A DNA stretch of 64,000 bases from Acinetobacter phage vB_ApiM_fHyAci03: sequence record NC_049438.1; one strand, given 5' to 3'. Both the position numbers and the translations under genes were made by a program. Each line of letters opens with the position of its first letter. The stretch's first letter is position 1. Shown piece by piece: positions 48,271-58,083 of this stretch. The notes beneath the pieces were generated by a model. That model saw only the letters and a list, made by a program, of their open reading frames with translations, did no database searches and was not told where the DNA came from.

Positions 48271-48360
48271 TGTTGCTTTAATTCAAGTGTTTAATAAATA
48301 TACATAGAATCCAGAGCTCAGCTTTTAATAAATATATGATAAGATAACAAAGGAAATCGC

Positions 48361-51300
48361 ATGTCTGAAGTAAAAACAAGTTTCCGTGCGTCATACGGTC
48401 TAGACGCGGCTGGTGAGAAAGTAATTAATGTTGCAAAGGCTGACAAAACTGTCATGACCGATGGTGTCAACGTCGAATATCTCATTCAGGAAAATACGAC
48501 CCAACAATATGACCCAGAGCGTGCCTATGAAAAAGGATTCATTATAGAATTTAATGATCGTCTCTGGATTGCAGAACAAGACATCCCTAAACCTGCAGGT
48601 AGCTTCAATGAAGGGTACTGGCGCCCAGTACGTACAGACCCAAAGTGGAAGCCTATCGATTCTGGTAAATATCAGTTACATGTTGGTGATTATATCACTG
48701 TAGATACGCGTGCAGGATTAGCTGTAGAACTAACATTACCTACTAATCCTATACCGCAGGAAGGCGATACAATTGTTGTAAAGGATGTCGGCGGGCAACC
48801 AGGTTACACATCGGTGTTAGTCTTTGCACCTGTGCAGTCAATTATTGACAAAGGCGTAAGTATTCCACAAAAACGAATGACTATTCCATTTTCTGAATGG
48901 ACATTTGTATACACAAAGAGCCAATGGTCATTATATGATGGCGTAGAAGCTCCAGTAGCAAGAACTGTTACTACATCTGGTCCTACTCAAATCCAATCAG
49001 GCGATACGATTCTTAGAAACTATGATAAAGTAGCTCCTATTGTATTGACTTTTCCTAAATTTGCCAACAATGGCGACATAATTCATTTTGTAGGCATGAA
49101 TGAAAATACAGTGCCTTATTATCACTTAGAGCTTAATGCATTTGATAGCAATACAAGTATTGGTTCTCCGGGTAAGTCATCGCAAATTTTCTATCGTTCG
49201 CTAAGCGGGTATTTCATTTTTAATAGCTTGACTTCAACTTGGTATTTGTACGATTCAGATATGACAAATCGTCTTAGAACTGTTAGTACTGATACTGAGA
49301 TTTTCCCGAATGAAACTGTAGCAGTAGTAGGCAAAGATAATACCACTACACAGACTATTAAATTGACATTGCCACAAAACGTGCAACCTGGCGACCAGGT
49401 AACAATTTCATTAAATTATATTAGAAAGGGACAAACTGTTAACATCGTGCCTAAAGGCACCGATATGATTTTAACAAATCAAAATCTAACTCAGTTCCCT
49501 AAACGCTCAAGTTATCCACCTGCTGCCAATTGGGTTAACACTAATTTATTGTCATATAACGGTTCAAATGACTACCCGCCAGTATTAACATTTGCATACA
49601 TTGATATGGGGCCTATCAAACAATGGCTGATGGTAAGTTGTTTGCCTGTATTAGAGCGTGTTGATCCGTCAACAGATGATACTCGTACTCGTTTAGGTGT
49701 TATTGCTTTAGCAAATCAATCTCAAGCAAACTTAGACAAAGAAAATATTTCGGTTACTGCAAATCCATTAGCACGAGAAGTCGCTATCACGCCGGAAACT
49801 CTTGCCAATAGGACCGCTTTGGACAGCCGTCGTGGAATCGCAAGAATCGCAAAACAAGAAGAAGTAAACTTAACTACAGATGATGCTGCATTAGCATATG
49901 ATACTATTGTTACGCCTAAGACTCTTAATGGCAAAAAGGCTACAGAAACGATGGTAGGTTTGGCAGAAATTGCTACTCAAGCCGAAACCAATAGCAACAC
50001 TGACGATTCTCGTATCATCACTTCTAAGAAATTAGATGGACGACGCGCAACACCTGCTTTAGCCGGAGTCGCTAAACTTGTTGCTACAGGTGGCACTGCG
50101 CCTGTTAAAGGAGGTACAAATACGCGTGATACTGCTGGAACTGGCATTTATAATCATGCAGACTTTGAGAACATTGTTACACCTAAAACATTGAGAGAAT
50201 ATTATTCTACAGAAATGGCATTAGGTACAGTGTATCTTGCAAATTCTGCTGAAGTTATTTCTGGTGCAGCTACATTAGCTAAATATCCATTAGCAGTAAC
50301 TCCTGAAACTTTGCACACTAAGACCGCTACCGATGAGCGTATAGGCTTTTCACAAGTGGCTAAACAAGCCGAAGTTGATGCTGGAACAGATTATTTTAAA
50401 TTTGTTACACCGAAAACTTTAGCAGGAAGAATTGCACGAGAAGACTTAGCAGGTATCGCAAAATTAGCAACCCAAGGCGAATTTGACGCTGGTACAGCTG
50501 GATTAATTTCAGGTCCAGATAAAATTAAGACATTTTTCTCTCGCGCTGAAAGAACTATTGTCAATAATGCTGAAGGTTTAACACAATCTGGTAGCATTTG
50601 GACCGGGTTAAAGTTGAATATTCTTGCACCATCCGAGACCCAACGTGGTACAGCAAGATATGCTACGCAAGATGAAACAGATAAAGGTGTTGATGCCACA
50701 ACAATTGTGACTCCTGCAAAATTACATGCTAAGAAAGCCACTACAGATGCAGAAGGTATTGTCAGAATGGCAAATACTGCTGAGACGGTAGATGGTACTG
50801 CATATAATTTAGCAGTATCGCCTGGCAATCTAAAATATGTTGTACAATCAGAATTGACATGGGAGGCCACACCTGAACGTAGAGGTTTCATTAAACTTTC
50901 TACGGGTTCGACAACATGGCAAGGCAACACAGTTGATGGTAATGCAAATATCGACATTGAAACTCAATTTAACAAAAATGGTATGGCTGTTTCGCCGTAT
51001 GAGTTCAACCGTGTTTTAAGGAACTATTTACCTATTGGCGCAAAAGCAGTTGATTCTGATAAATTAGATGGATTGGATTCATCACAGTTTATTCGTAGAG
51101 ACATTGCCCAAGTTGTTAATGGCGCATTAACACTGACACAGCCTACAACTGCAACATACATTACTGCTTCTAATGATGTATCAGTCCAAGCTCTTTTATC
51201 TGCTAATCAGATTAACGTACGAAAATCTGGAACTCCTGATGATACGTCTGTTACAAAGAACGCTGGTATAAATTTGTATGGCGCTCCACAATCTGCTACA

Positions 51301-52305
51301 GGACGTCCGACCTATGGTATTCATTTTTCTAGTACCGGTGGCACAGACCCTAATGGGATACATGGCTATGGCGGCGGGACTTGGGGTACGTATTTTGCTC
51401 AAAGCATCTCTAGCGCAGCTGAACAACGTGCATGGTACTTCCAGCAGATTTTTAACGGTGCAGTTAAAAACGTTGGCTCTATCACAGCGCAAGGCGATGT
51501 TTGGTTTGATGGTGTTATTAACAGTGATAAAACATTCAGACTTAAAAATAGCGTCATAGCTGAAAAGGATTCAGGCGATAATCTAATTTTCGGTACGACT
51601 GATCAGCAAATGTACCTTCGTTCTAAAGCAGCAGATATAAAGGTTCAAGAAGTAGTTGGTGGAACTTCTTATCAAGTTATTACATCTAAAAACTTTGTTG
51701 ATGAAGGTAACAAAACTTATGTGAGAAAGACTGGCGATTCAATGACTGGGCGCCTCAATATTTCTCAACCTATAACTGCTACTATCAACCAATCTGCTGC
51801 GACACCAAATGCAGTTCCAAATGCCAGCAATTTTGGTACATGGACTATTGATATAACTGATCCTGCAATATATAATACTATGCGCCCATATGTTGTTGGA
51901 GTAAATGCAATCAATAAAGAGACAAGTGAAGTCTTGCCTTGGTTTGATAAGTACGAGGAGTTTAATGGGCCTGGTACATTGTCACAATTTGGATCTTCTG
52001 CTAGTAATGGTTCTGGTACATACCAAATCTGGGCGCCACGTCCGCCAGCAGATAAAGCGAATTTACCTGGGCATATTGCTGGCACAATGTGGACAAGACA
52101 GTGGAATCCTATTACAAATAAATGGGATGGCTGGGGCAGAGTATTCACAAATAACCATCCACCATTGCCTACAGACATTGGCGCTATGAGCAATAATGGT
52201 TCAGTTTTTGATTCTATGAGAATTAGAGATTGGATTCAAGTAGGTAATTTGAGAATTTATGCAGACCCATCTACAAAAACCGTTCGTTTTGATTGGATTG
52301 AATAA
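48361..52305 (+). CDS. 34: Long tail fiber proximal subunit gp34
   Basis: 1314 aa (T4 gp34 is 1289 aa). N-terminal MSEVKTSFRASYGLDAAGEKVINVAKADKTVMTDGVNVEYLIQENTTQQYDP and LDGLDSSQFIRRDIAQVVNGALTLTQ blocks are conserved with T4. Confidence 0.95.
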   Translation: MSEVKTSFRASYGLDAAGEKVINVAKADKTVMTDGVNVEYLIQENTTQQYDPERAYEKGFIIEFNDRLWIAEQDIPKPAGSFNEGYWRPVRTDPKWKPIDSGKYQLHVGDYITVDTRAGLAVELTLPTNPIPQEGDTIVVKDVGGQPGYTSVLVFAPVQSIIDKGVSIPQKRMTIPFSEWTFVYTKSQWSLYDGVEAPVARTVTTSGPTQIQSGDTILRNYDKVAPIVLTFPKFANNGDIIHFVGMNENTVPYYHLELNAFDSNTSIGSPGKSSQIFYRSLSGYFIFNSLTSTWYLYDSDMTNRLRTVSTDTEIFPNETVAVVGKDNTTTQTIKLTLPQNVQPGDQVTISLNYIRKGQTVNIVPKGTDMILTNQNLTQFPKRSSYPPAANWVNTNLLSYNGSNDYPPVLTFAYIDMGPIKQWLMVSCLPVLERVDPSTDDTRTRLGVIALANQSQANLDKENISVTANPLAREVAITPETLANRTALDSRRGIARIAKQEEVNLTTDDAALAYDTIVTPKTLNGKKATETMVGLAEIATQAETNSNTDDSRIITSKKLDGRRATPALAGVAKLVATGGTAPVKGGTNTRDTAGTGIYNHADFENIVTPKTLREYYSTEMALGTVYLANSAEVISGAATLAKYPLAVTPETLHTKTATDERIGFSQVAKQAEVDAGTDYFKFVTPKTLAGRIAREDLAGIAKLATQGEFDAGTAGLISGPDKIKTFFSRAERTIVNNAEGLTQSGSIWTGLKLNILAPSETQRGTARYATQDETDKGVDATTIVTPAKLHAKKATTDAEGIVRMANTAETVDGTAYNLAVSPGNLKYVVQSELTWEATPERRGFIKLSTGSTTWQGNTVDGNANIDIETQFNKNGMAVSPYEFNRVLRNYLPIGAKAVDSDKLDGLDSSQFIRRDIAQVVNGALTLTQPTTATYITASNDVSVQALLSANQINVRKSGTPDDTSVTKNAGINLYGAPQSATGRPTYGIHFSSTGGTDPNGIHGYGGGTWGTYFAQSISSAAEQRAWYFQQIFNGAVKNVGSITAQGDVWFDGVINSDKTFRLKNSVIAEKDSGDNLIFGTTDQQMYLRSKAADIKVQEVVGGTSYQVITSKNFVDEGNKTYVRKTGDSMTGRLNISQPITATINQSAATPNAVPNASNFGTWTIDITDPAIYNTMRPYVVGVNAINKETSEVLPWFDKYEEFNGPGTLSQFGSSASNGSGTYQIWAPRPPADKANLPGHIAGTMWTRQWNPITNKWDGWGRVFTNNHPPLPTDIGAMSNNGSVFDSMRIRDWIQVGNLRIYADPSTKTVRFDWIE

Positions 52306-52314
52306 GGAGATAAT

Positions 52315-53445
52315 ATGGCAACTGCTACCTTTATGGCAGCATTCAATAAAGGCGTCGTAGAAAGCGACGTCTTTTCTGAAACAGATTCTGTCACATATAA
52401 ATTAGATGTTGCTGGTGCCACAAATTTTTCTGGGGCGCCATATCTAAAACGAAATGACATTAACATTGCAGGTACTGTTACTGATGGACTAAATCTAAGG
52501 GGAGTCAATAATCCAACCGACACAGGTGAAGTAAAATCATTTGTTTTGACTTCAACCGATTCGTCGGCCAATAGCTCCTTTATTCAATATATGAATACAG
52601 TAACGCACAAACTTATTGTTATTTTCTCTGGTAAAAATTTGCGTTCAACGCCTGCAGTTGATGCATGGTTTGCTTCTGTGGGCTCAGTGAATTGGCCGGG
52701 CTCATTTTTATGCAATAACTATTCTGCTGGTTATGTTGGATTTTATAATCCATCGATCAGGAAAATCGTTGCAGAAGCAATGATAACTTCTGATGGTGTT
52801 GAAAAAGGTTATGCAAATTATATTGCAGTGTATGACACATTTGATGACATCGGATCTTTAGGATTTCCATCTAGAGTAATATACGATACTGCTACATATG
52901 CGGCTAGCACCGGGTATGAATATAAACGGTTTCCTACAGACAGTATAACAAATAAATTGTCTGATTACGGACTTCGACAAGGTTCAAATATTATGCTTCA
53001 AGCCGATTTAGTCCACTCTTCGCAAATGGCTTCTGCAGGAATGAAAACTCGGATCAACTTACGTTGGCTTCAAGGAAGCACGATTAAAGATTCGAGCACT
53101 ATACTTGAATCTGACGGAGTCAATTGGGTTAATAAAACTGCATATAGCAAAGTGCCAGCAGGTGCAGATGGATTTACTGTCGTTGTTTCTAGATTTCCAA
53201 GGAATGACACATTATCAGGAAATTCAATGGTACGAAATGTGGTTATGAGTGAAATAACTCGTGATGGAAGCAAATCGGGCTCTAACGCCGCAGTTGGTGT
53301 CAATGGTATTAAGGCCGGAGAATTCAAAGAAGCTCAAGTAGCCAATCATTTGATGGATCTTAAAATGGATGTTGATGCATTCAATAACATTGTGCCAGTT
53401 GTTGGTATCAAAGAAGGCGATTCCGGGACTCCACCACCGCCATGA
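52315..53445 (+). CDS. 35: Long tail fiber hinge connector gp35
   Basis: 376 aa (T4 gp35 is 372 aa). Synteny 34-35-36-37. Confidence 0.7.
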   Translation: MATATFMAAFNKGVVESDVFSETDSVTYKLDVAGATNFSGAPYLKRNDINIAGTVTDGLNLRGVNNPTDTGEVKSFVLTSTDSSANSSFIQYMNTVTHKLIVIFSGKNLRSTPAVDAWFASVGSVNWPGSFLCNNYSAGYVGFYNPSIRKIVAEAMITSDGVEKGYANYIAVYDTFDDIGSLGFPSRVIYDTATYAASTGYEYKRFPTDSITNKLSDYGLRQGSNIMLQADLVHSSQMASAGMKTRINLRWLQGSTIKDSSTILESDGVNWVNKTAYSKVPAGADGFTVVVSRFPRNDTLSGNSMVRNVVMSEITRDGSKSGSNAAVGVNGIKAGEFKEAQVANHLMDLKMDVDAFNNIVPVVGIKEGDSGTPPPP

Positions 53446-53448
53446 GTT

Positions 53449-53470
53449 AAGGACCGCAAGGTCCTTTTCG
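53449..53470 (+). terminator. Terminator hairpin with a GNRA (GCAA) loop after gene 35
   Basis: AAGGACC-GCAA-GGTCCTTTTCG. Confidence 0.5.
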
Positions 53471-53472
53471 CG

Positions 53473-53480
53473 TATAAATA
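53473..53480 (+). promoter_or_regulatory. Late promoter TATAAATA for gene 36, immediately after the terminator
   Basis: Exact TATAAATA 21 nt upstream of the gp36 ATG. AGAGGA Shine-Dalgarno. Confidence 0.55.
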
Positions 53481-53500
53481 TTGAAATAAGAGGACATACT

Positions 53501-54214
53501 ATGGCAGATTTAAAGGCCGGAACAACTATTGGGGGTACACTTGTTTGGACTCAAGGTAACTTCCCGTTGTTCCCTACAGGCGACACACTTTTATACAAAA
53601 CATACAAAGTCTATTCAGAAAAAGATAAACCTCAAGCTATTGACAACGATTTTGTGTCAAAGGCCCAAGGAGGTACTTATAACTCGACAGTCGGTTTTAA
53701 TAAAAATATTGTTTTACGAGCTGCCGGCGGCACATCAGGCAATTTGACATCTATTAATCTTTATGGAGACCTTGGCGATGGTGCTATGCCAACATATGGT
53801 TTTTATGTCGGAAGTACGGTTGATGCGTCAAACGGTAAACACGGCTCCGTGGTAGGTAACTGGGCGGTCTATAACGTTGCTACAAATGGCGGCTGGATTT
53901 TCAGAACACAAACAAAGAATGTTGCGTCTATTAATACTGAAGGAATCGGCTCATTTAATGCGGTTAATGTGGATTTGCAACCTACTGTAGACTCCCATGT
54001 TACTCGTAAAGATTATGTTGATCGCTTAATAAATACCGTTACGGATAACGCAAATAGTAAAGTTTCTAAGACAAATCCTAATGGCGATACAATGGTAGGC
54101 CCATTAACTGCTCCAAACTTTATTTCAACAAAGGTCGCTACTGCGCCAGCACAAGTTCCTCAATTAGGACAAGTTGTTCAACGGGGCGTAATTCTAGATT
54201 ATGGAACATTTTAA
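53501..54214 (+). CDS. 36: Long tail fiber distal connector (small distal subunit) gp36
   Basis: Start at MADLKAGTTIGGTLVWTQGNFPL (T4: MADLKVGSTTGGSVIWHQGNFPL). The track ORF begins earlier, at 53369, inside gene 35. Confidence 0.9.
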   Translation: MADLKAGTTIGGTLVWTQGNFPLFPTGDTLLYKTYKVYSEKDKPQAIDNDFVSKAQGGTYNSTVGFNKNIVLRAAGGTSGNLTSINLYGDLGDGAMPTYGFYVGSTVDASNGKHGSVVGNWAVYNVATNGGWIFRTQTKNVASINTEGIGSFNAVNVDLQPTVDSHVTRKDYVDRLINTVTDNANSKVSKTNPNGDTMVGPLTAPNFISTKVATAPAQVPQLGQVVQRGVILDYGTF

Positions 54215-54226
54215 GGAAATTATCAG

Positions 54227-57200
54227 ATGGCATTAGATCCAAATATTAACAGAATTAAATTTTTACGATCTTCTACTGCTGGAGCTAAACCTACTACTGC
54301 AGCGATTCAACCAGGCGAAATTGCTATCAATTTGGCAGATAGAACTCTTTACTCAACCGATGGTAATGCTATTATTGATATCGGTTTTGGTTTGGGTGGA
54401 AGTGTCAATGGGCCAATAAATGCAACAGGACAAATCAGTACCAATGACTTTTTATATTCAAAGTACGGATTTTCTGTAAATTCAGAAACTGCAGATGGCC
54501 GCGGTATTTCTCTTTACGGAAATGGATATACCGCATCAAACGGTCTGCCGTCATACGGTCTTGCGATGGCTGCTACAAGTAAATATGGTACATTTGGTGC
54601 TGTGTCAGGTTCGCACGCAACTTACCTTACTACAAACTCAGGTACTGACCGTGGTTGGATTTTTAACTATAACGGAACTACCAATGTAGCTTCAATTTCG
54701 GGAACTGGCATTGCGACATTTGCTCGTGTAGATGCTCCGTTAAACGGTAATGCTAATACAGCAACTAAACTTCAATCAGCTAGAAACATTAATGGCGTGT
54801 TGTTTGACGGCACATCGGATATTAATACACCAGCTATAACTGACGTCGTTTCATTTGATAATAGAACTGTTAAACCTTCTGATGTTAGAAATAAAGCCAT
54901 GGGTGTTTATTTTACTTCAAAAGCAGGTTTAAATGGCGCGGCTGATACCAATTATGGTGATTTTTTATCTCTAAGCACTTATCAAGATGGCACTGGAGGA
55001 AAGGTAAACGGTTTATATTTCAATAAATTATCTCGAGAAATATTACATTACCAGACAGATTTAAATTCAAATTCGTGGGGAACTCCGAAAACGATTGCGT
55101 ATACAGATAGTTCTATTACCGGCAATGCTGCATCAGCAACACGCTTACAGACAGCAAGAACTATCAATGGTACTGCATTTGATGGTACTGCGAATATCAA
55201 TGTCAATGCTACATATTCGGAATTTATTCCTGATGGTGCGAATTTAAATGATTATAAAACTCCAGGGCTATATTATTGTCCTACTGATGCTGGTGCAGCG
55301 ACTCAATTAAATTTACCGTTTAGTAATGCGTATTCGTTGTTTGTTGAGAGACATGCTGGAATTAAACAGACTATTACCCAATATGCGACAAATAAAACTT
55401 TTATTCGTAAATTTTATAATGGTTATTGGGATAATTGGCGTCAATTAGCTTTCTTAGACCCAAGTGATCAGAAATTTACAGAAAATATCACTTTGGAAAA
55501 AGCTTCTTCTGACGTAGCAATCAACATTAAAACTACTACTGATAATACTTCTGAACTTGTTTTAAGCAATAGAAATAAAACAGCGTCTGTAAGTCTTGTA
55601 TCAGACGGTACTTTTTTATTATGGGATTCAAATAGACAAACATCATTCATGTCATTTACACCAAATGGTGTACAATCGACATTAAATTCTAAGTTGTTGA
55701 TTAATACTCCAGCATCGCTAAATGTTACAGGCGGAGAAACATTTGCTGTTACGGGTGGAGAAAGTTCTCCAATCAGATTTAAAATTAACCGCGGTGGGGC
55801 AATCACTACTAACTCGCCTGTTACTGGTGTTTCTTCTATTCCCCATGCTATATCATTTAACTGGTATAATACAGAATGGCAAATAGGTAACGTTCGTGAT
55901 GGTTCTACCGGTACCGTTGGTTTTGGTATTACTAAATTCAACGATACGTTAGTATGGCGCCATGATGGTAATACTATGACCAACTACGGTAATATTAGTA
56001 ATACGGGTTCGATCAGTACACAAGGAGATATTTCATCTAATGGTAACTTGCGTACTGCAGGTTCGATCAGTACACAAGGAGATATTTCATCTAATGGTAA
56101 CTTAACTACCGCAGGTTCAATCAGCGGAGATAGTTTAATCACTAGAACTGGTCGTATCGGTGCGCCAACATCTACGTATCACTATCTCGATATCGGTAGA
56201 GATGGTACAGATATTACTACGGTCGGTCAATATGGGGGTGCATTTAGAGTTGTTGATACAGCTATCGGCAAAAATACATTCAGCGTTGACCAAAATACAG
56301 CTATTTTCGCTGGAAGAATTGTCACAAAGCCTGGTGCATTTTATCAAAATATAACAGACTTGGGTAATTCTACTGCAGCTATTACAGTTCCAGTTGTGAC
56401 GGCTCCACAAAATACTACAGGATATGTTCCGTTCATTCATGGATCAGTTCAAACGAATGGCCATGGTTATAGAACTAACGTATCTATTGGTGCTTTTAGA
56501 GGTTCTAATACTTGGTCAGCTTCAGGTGCTTATATTGCTATCGGAGGAAACGATAACCATACGACAGAAGATTTTAGATTTATGTCTGGTGGTTATATTG
56601 GAACAAGTAGCGGCACATTGAATATTTTAGGCACTTTGGTTGCACCTACAGTAAATAGTAATACTTTTAATGTTGATGCCATCAACAGCACATCTGTAAA
56701 TGTGGCTTCCAATATTTATTTTTCTACTGCTTTTGGCATAAACGGAATCTACAATGGTAATGGCGATGGAGCTACTTTAGCTACTGCTAACTTAGATATC
56801 AGAGCGCATTACGGTTTGGGTATTCTTGATAACTTGGGTAATCGCAATATTGTCTTTAATTCAAGAACTGGTGAAATTGGAACAAGAGGCGTACAGATTT
56901 ACTTAGGTAACACTACAAGTGCGGAAACTAGATTATTAACAAATGATAGTCATTTGCAGTTTCTTAAATCAGGCGGCCAAGCTAAAGGTATTGCTACTGG
57001 TGGCGTGTTAACTTCAGATTCGTACGCTGATTTTAATAAGGTTCCGACAAATGGCATCTACTCAAAAGGTGATATTAAAACTGCCGTATGGATGTATGCA
57101 TCTAAATTCACCGGTCCTACTGGATCAGGTGATGGTATGTTTGACGGTAATGCCAATACAGCAACTCGTTTGCAAACTGCAAGATCTTTCCAAATTACTG

Positions 57201-58006
57201 GTGGCATCACAACAAATGCAGTATCATTTGACGGGCAACAAAACGTTACATTGACTGCATCTAACGTCGATGGTTCAAAAGTTACAGGCAAAGTTCCTGC
57301 AGCCGCACAAGCAGATAATGCAACAAATGCTACTAAGGCAAACACATTAGATATTGCAGGGCAAAAGGAGGCCAAATTAGTTGCGACTTGGACTGGTGGA
57401 GTTTATGTTGGATATTCACAGACAGCAAAATATTATTCACCTACTCAAATTCAGATTGAACTTAGCTCGGGTACAGTAGTACAAGATCGAATTTCCCAAA
57501 TTAAAGTAGGATCTTTATTACACGGTGTGTTTGCTGGTTCTACCGGGTGGTCTAATGGATTGTCTACCGGAAGAATAGTACAAGTAACAACTAATCGAGT
57601 ATCCGGTGTTATTGATGCTATTGTTGAAATTCCTCATTCTATTTCCCGGGGTAATGTGACTTCGTTTAATGTTTTAGCTGTGACATATAACTCATCTAAT
57701 TGTAGTTTTATTGGTAATATTGCAGCATACGCCAAACAAGACCTAGGAGCAAATTCAGGTTGGTCTTGGTTATTACGTACATCTACTGCTATAAACAATC
57801 CATCTGTATCAATAAGTACCTCTGGTGATACTGCAAATATAGATGCTCGCCTTGATTTAGGTTGGTTCTTATCAGGTAAAAATCCAACAGCTGGTTCTGC
57901 AACTATGATTAACTCGAACACATGTAATTTTATTGTGTCAGATAATAATAATGATACGGCATCAAGTTGTGGTTATATATCAATACAAATTTGGGATGTT
58001 GTATAA
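54227..58006 (+). CDS. 37: Long tail fiber distal subunit gp37 (receptor-recognising)
   Basis: 1259 aa. N-terminal ...FLRSSTAGAKPTTAAIQPGEIAINLADRTLY parallels T4 [31 protein letters not shown]. Glycine-rich repeats. No gene 38 follows. Confidence 0.9.
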   Translation: MALDPNINRIKFLRSSTAGAKPTTAAIQPGEIAINLADRTLYSTDGNAIIDIGFGLGGSVNGPINATGQISTNDFLYSKYGFSVNSETADGRGISLYGNGYTASNGLPSYGLAMAATSKYGTFGAVSGSHATYLTTNSGTDRGWIFNYNGTTNVASISGTGIATFARVDAPLNGNANTATKLQSARNINGVLFDGTSDINTPAITDVVSFDNRTVKPSDVRNKAMGVYFTSKAGLNGAADTNYGDFLSLSTYQDGTGGKVNGLYFNKLSREILHYQTDLNSNSWGTPKTIAYTDSSITGNAASATRLQTARTINGTAFDGTANINVNATYSEFIPDGANLNDYKTPGLYYCPTDAGAATQLNLPFSNAYSLFVERHAGIKQTITQYATNKTFIRKFYNGYWDNWRQLAFLDPSDQKFTENITLEKASSDVAINIKTTTDNTSELVLSNRNKTASVSLVSDGTFLLWDSNRQTSFMSFTPNGVQSTLNSKLLINTPASLNVTGGETFAVTGGESSPIRFKINRGGAITTNSPVTGVSSIPHAISFNWYNTEWQIGNVRDGSTGTVGFGITKFNDTLVWRHDGNTMTNYGNISNTGSISTQGDISSNGNLRTAGSISTQGDISSNGNLTTAGSISGDSLITRTGRIGAPTSTYHYLDIGRDGTDITTVGQYGGAFRVVDTAIGKNTFSVDQNTAIFAGRIVTKPGAFYQNITDLGNSTAAITVPVVTAPQNTTGYVPFIHGSVQTNGHGYRTNVSIGAFRGSNTWSASGAYIAIGGNDNHTTEDFRFMSGGYIGTSSGTLNILGTLVAPTVNSNTFNVDAINSTSVNVASNIYFSTAFGINGIYNGNGDGATLATANLDIRAHYGLGILDNLGNRNIVFNSRTGEIGTRGVQIYLGNTTSAETRLLTNDSHLQFLKSGGQAKGIATGGVLTSDSYADFNKVPTNGIYSKGDIKTAVWMYASKFTGPTGSGDGMFDGNANTATRLQTARSFQITGGITTNAVSFDGQQNVTLTASNVDGSKVTGKVPAAAQADNATNATKANTLDIAGQKEAKLVATWTGGVYVGYSQTAKYYSPTQIQIELSSGTVVQDRISQIKVGSLLHGVFAGSTGWSNGLSTGRIVQVTTNRVSGVIDAIVEIPHSISRGNVTSFNVLAVTYNSSNCSFIGNIAAYAKQDLGANSGWSWLLRTSTAINNPSVSISTSGDTANIDARLDLGWFLSGKNPTAGSATMINSNTCNFIVSDNNNDTASSCGYISIQIWDVV
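56007..56114 (+). repeat. Perfect 54-bp (18-aa) tandem duplication inside gene 37
   Basis: GGTTCGATCAGTACACAAGGAGATATTTCATCTAATGGTAACTT occurs twice back to back, encoding GSISTQGDISSNGNL(R/T)TA twice. The copies differ only in the last 10 nt. Confidence 0.85.
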
Positions 58007-58016
58007 TTCAAAACAC

Positions 58017-58046
58017 CGAAAACAGGAGCCTTATGGCTCCTGTTTT
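58017..58046 (+). terminator. Rho-independent terminator after gene 37
   Basis: AAAACAGGAGCC-TTAT-GGCTCCTGTTTTC. Confidence 0.6.
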
Positions 58047-58048
58047 CA

Positions 58049-58056
58049 TATAAATA
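58049..58056 (+). promoter_or_regulatory. Late promoter TATAAATA for holin t, abutting the gene 37 terminator
   Basis: Exact TATAAATA 28 nt upstream of the t ATG. Confidence 0.5.
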
Positions 58057-58083
58057 TCTCTATTAAATCATAAATGACTAACT

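Noticed and set aside
48300-48360. TAATAAATATAT upstream of gene 34 considered as its late promoter
   Set aside because: It deviates from the strict TATAAATA consensus that all other late genes here obey. It is left as a possibility inside the finding on the conserved element rather than called as a feature.
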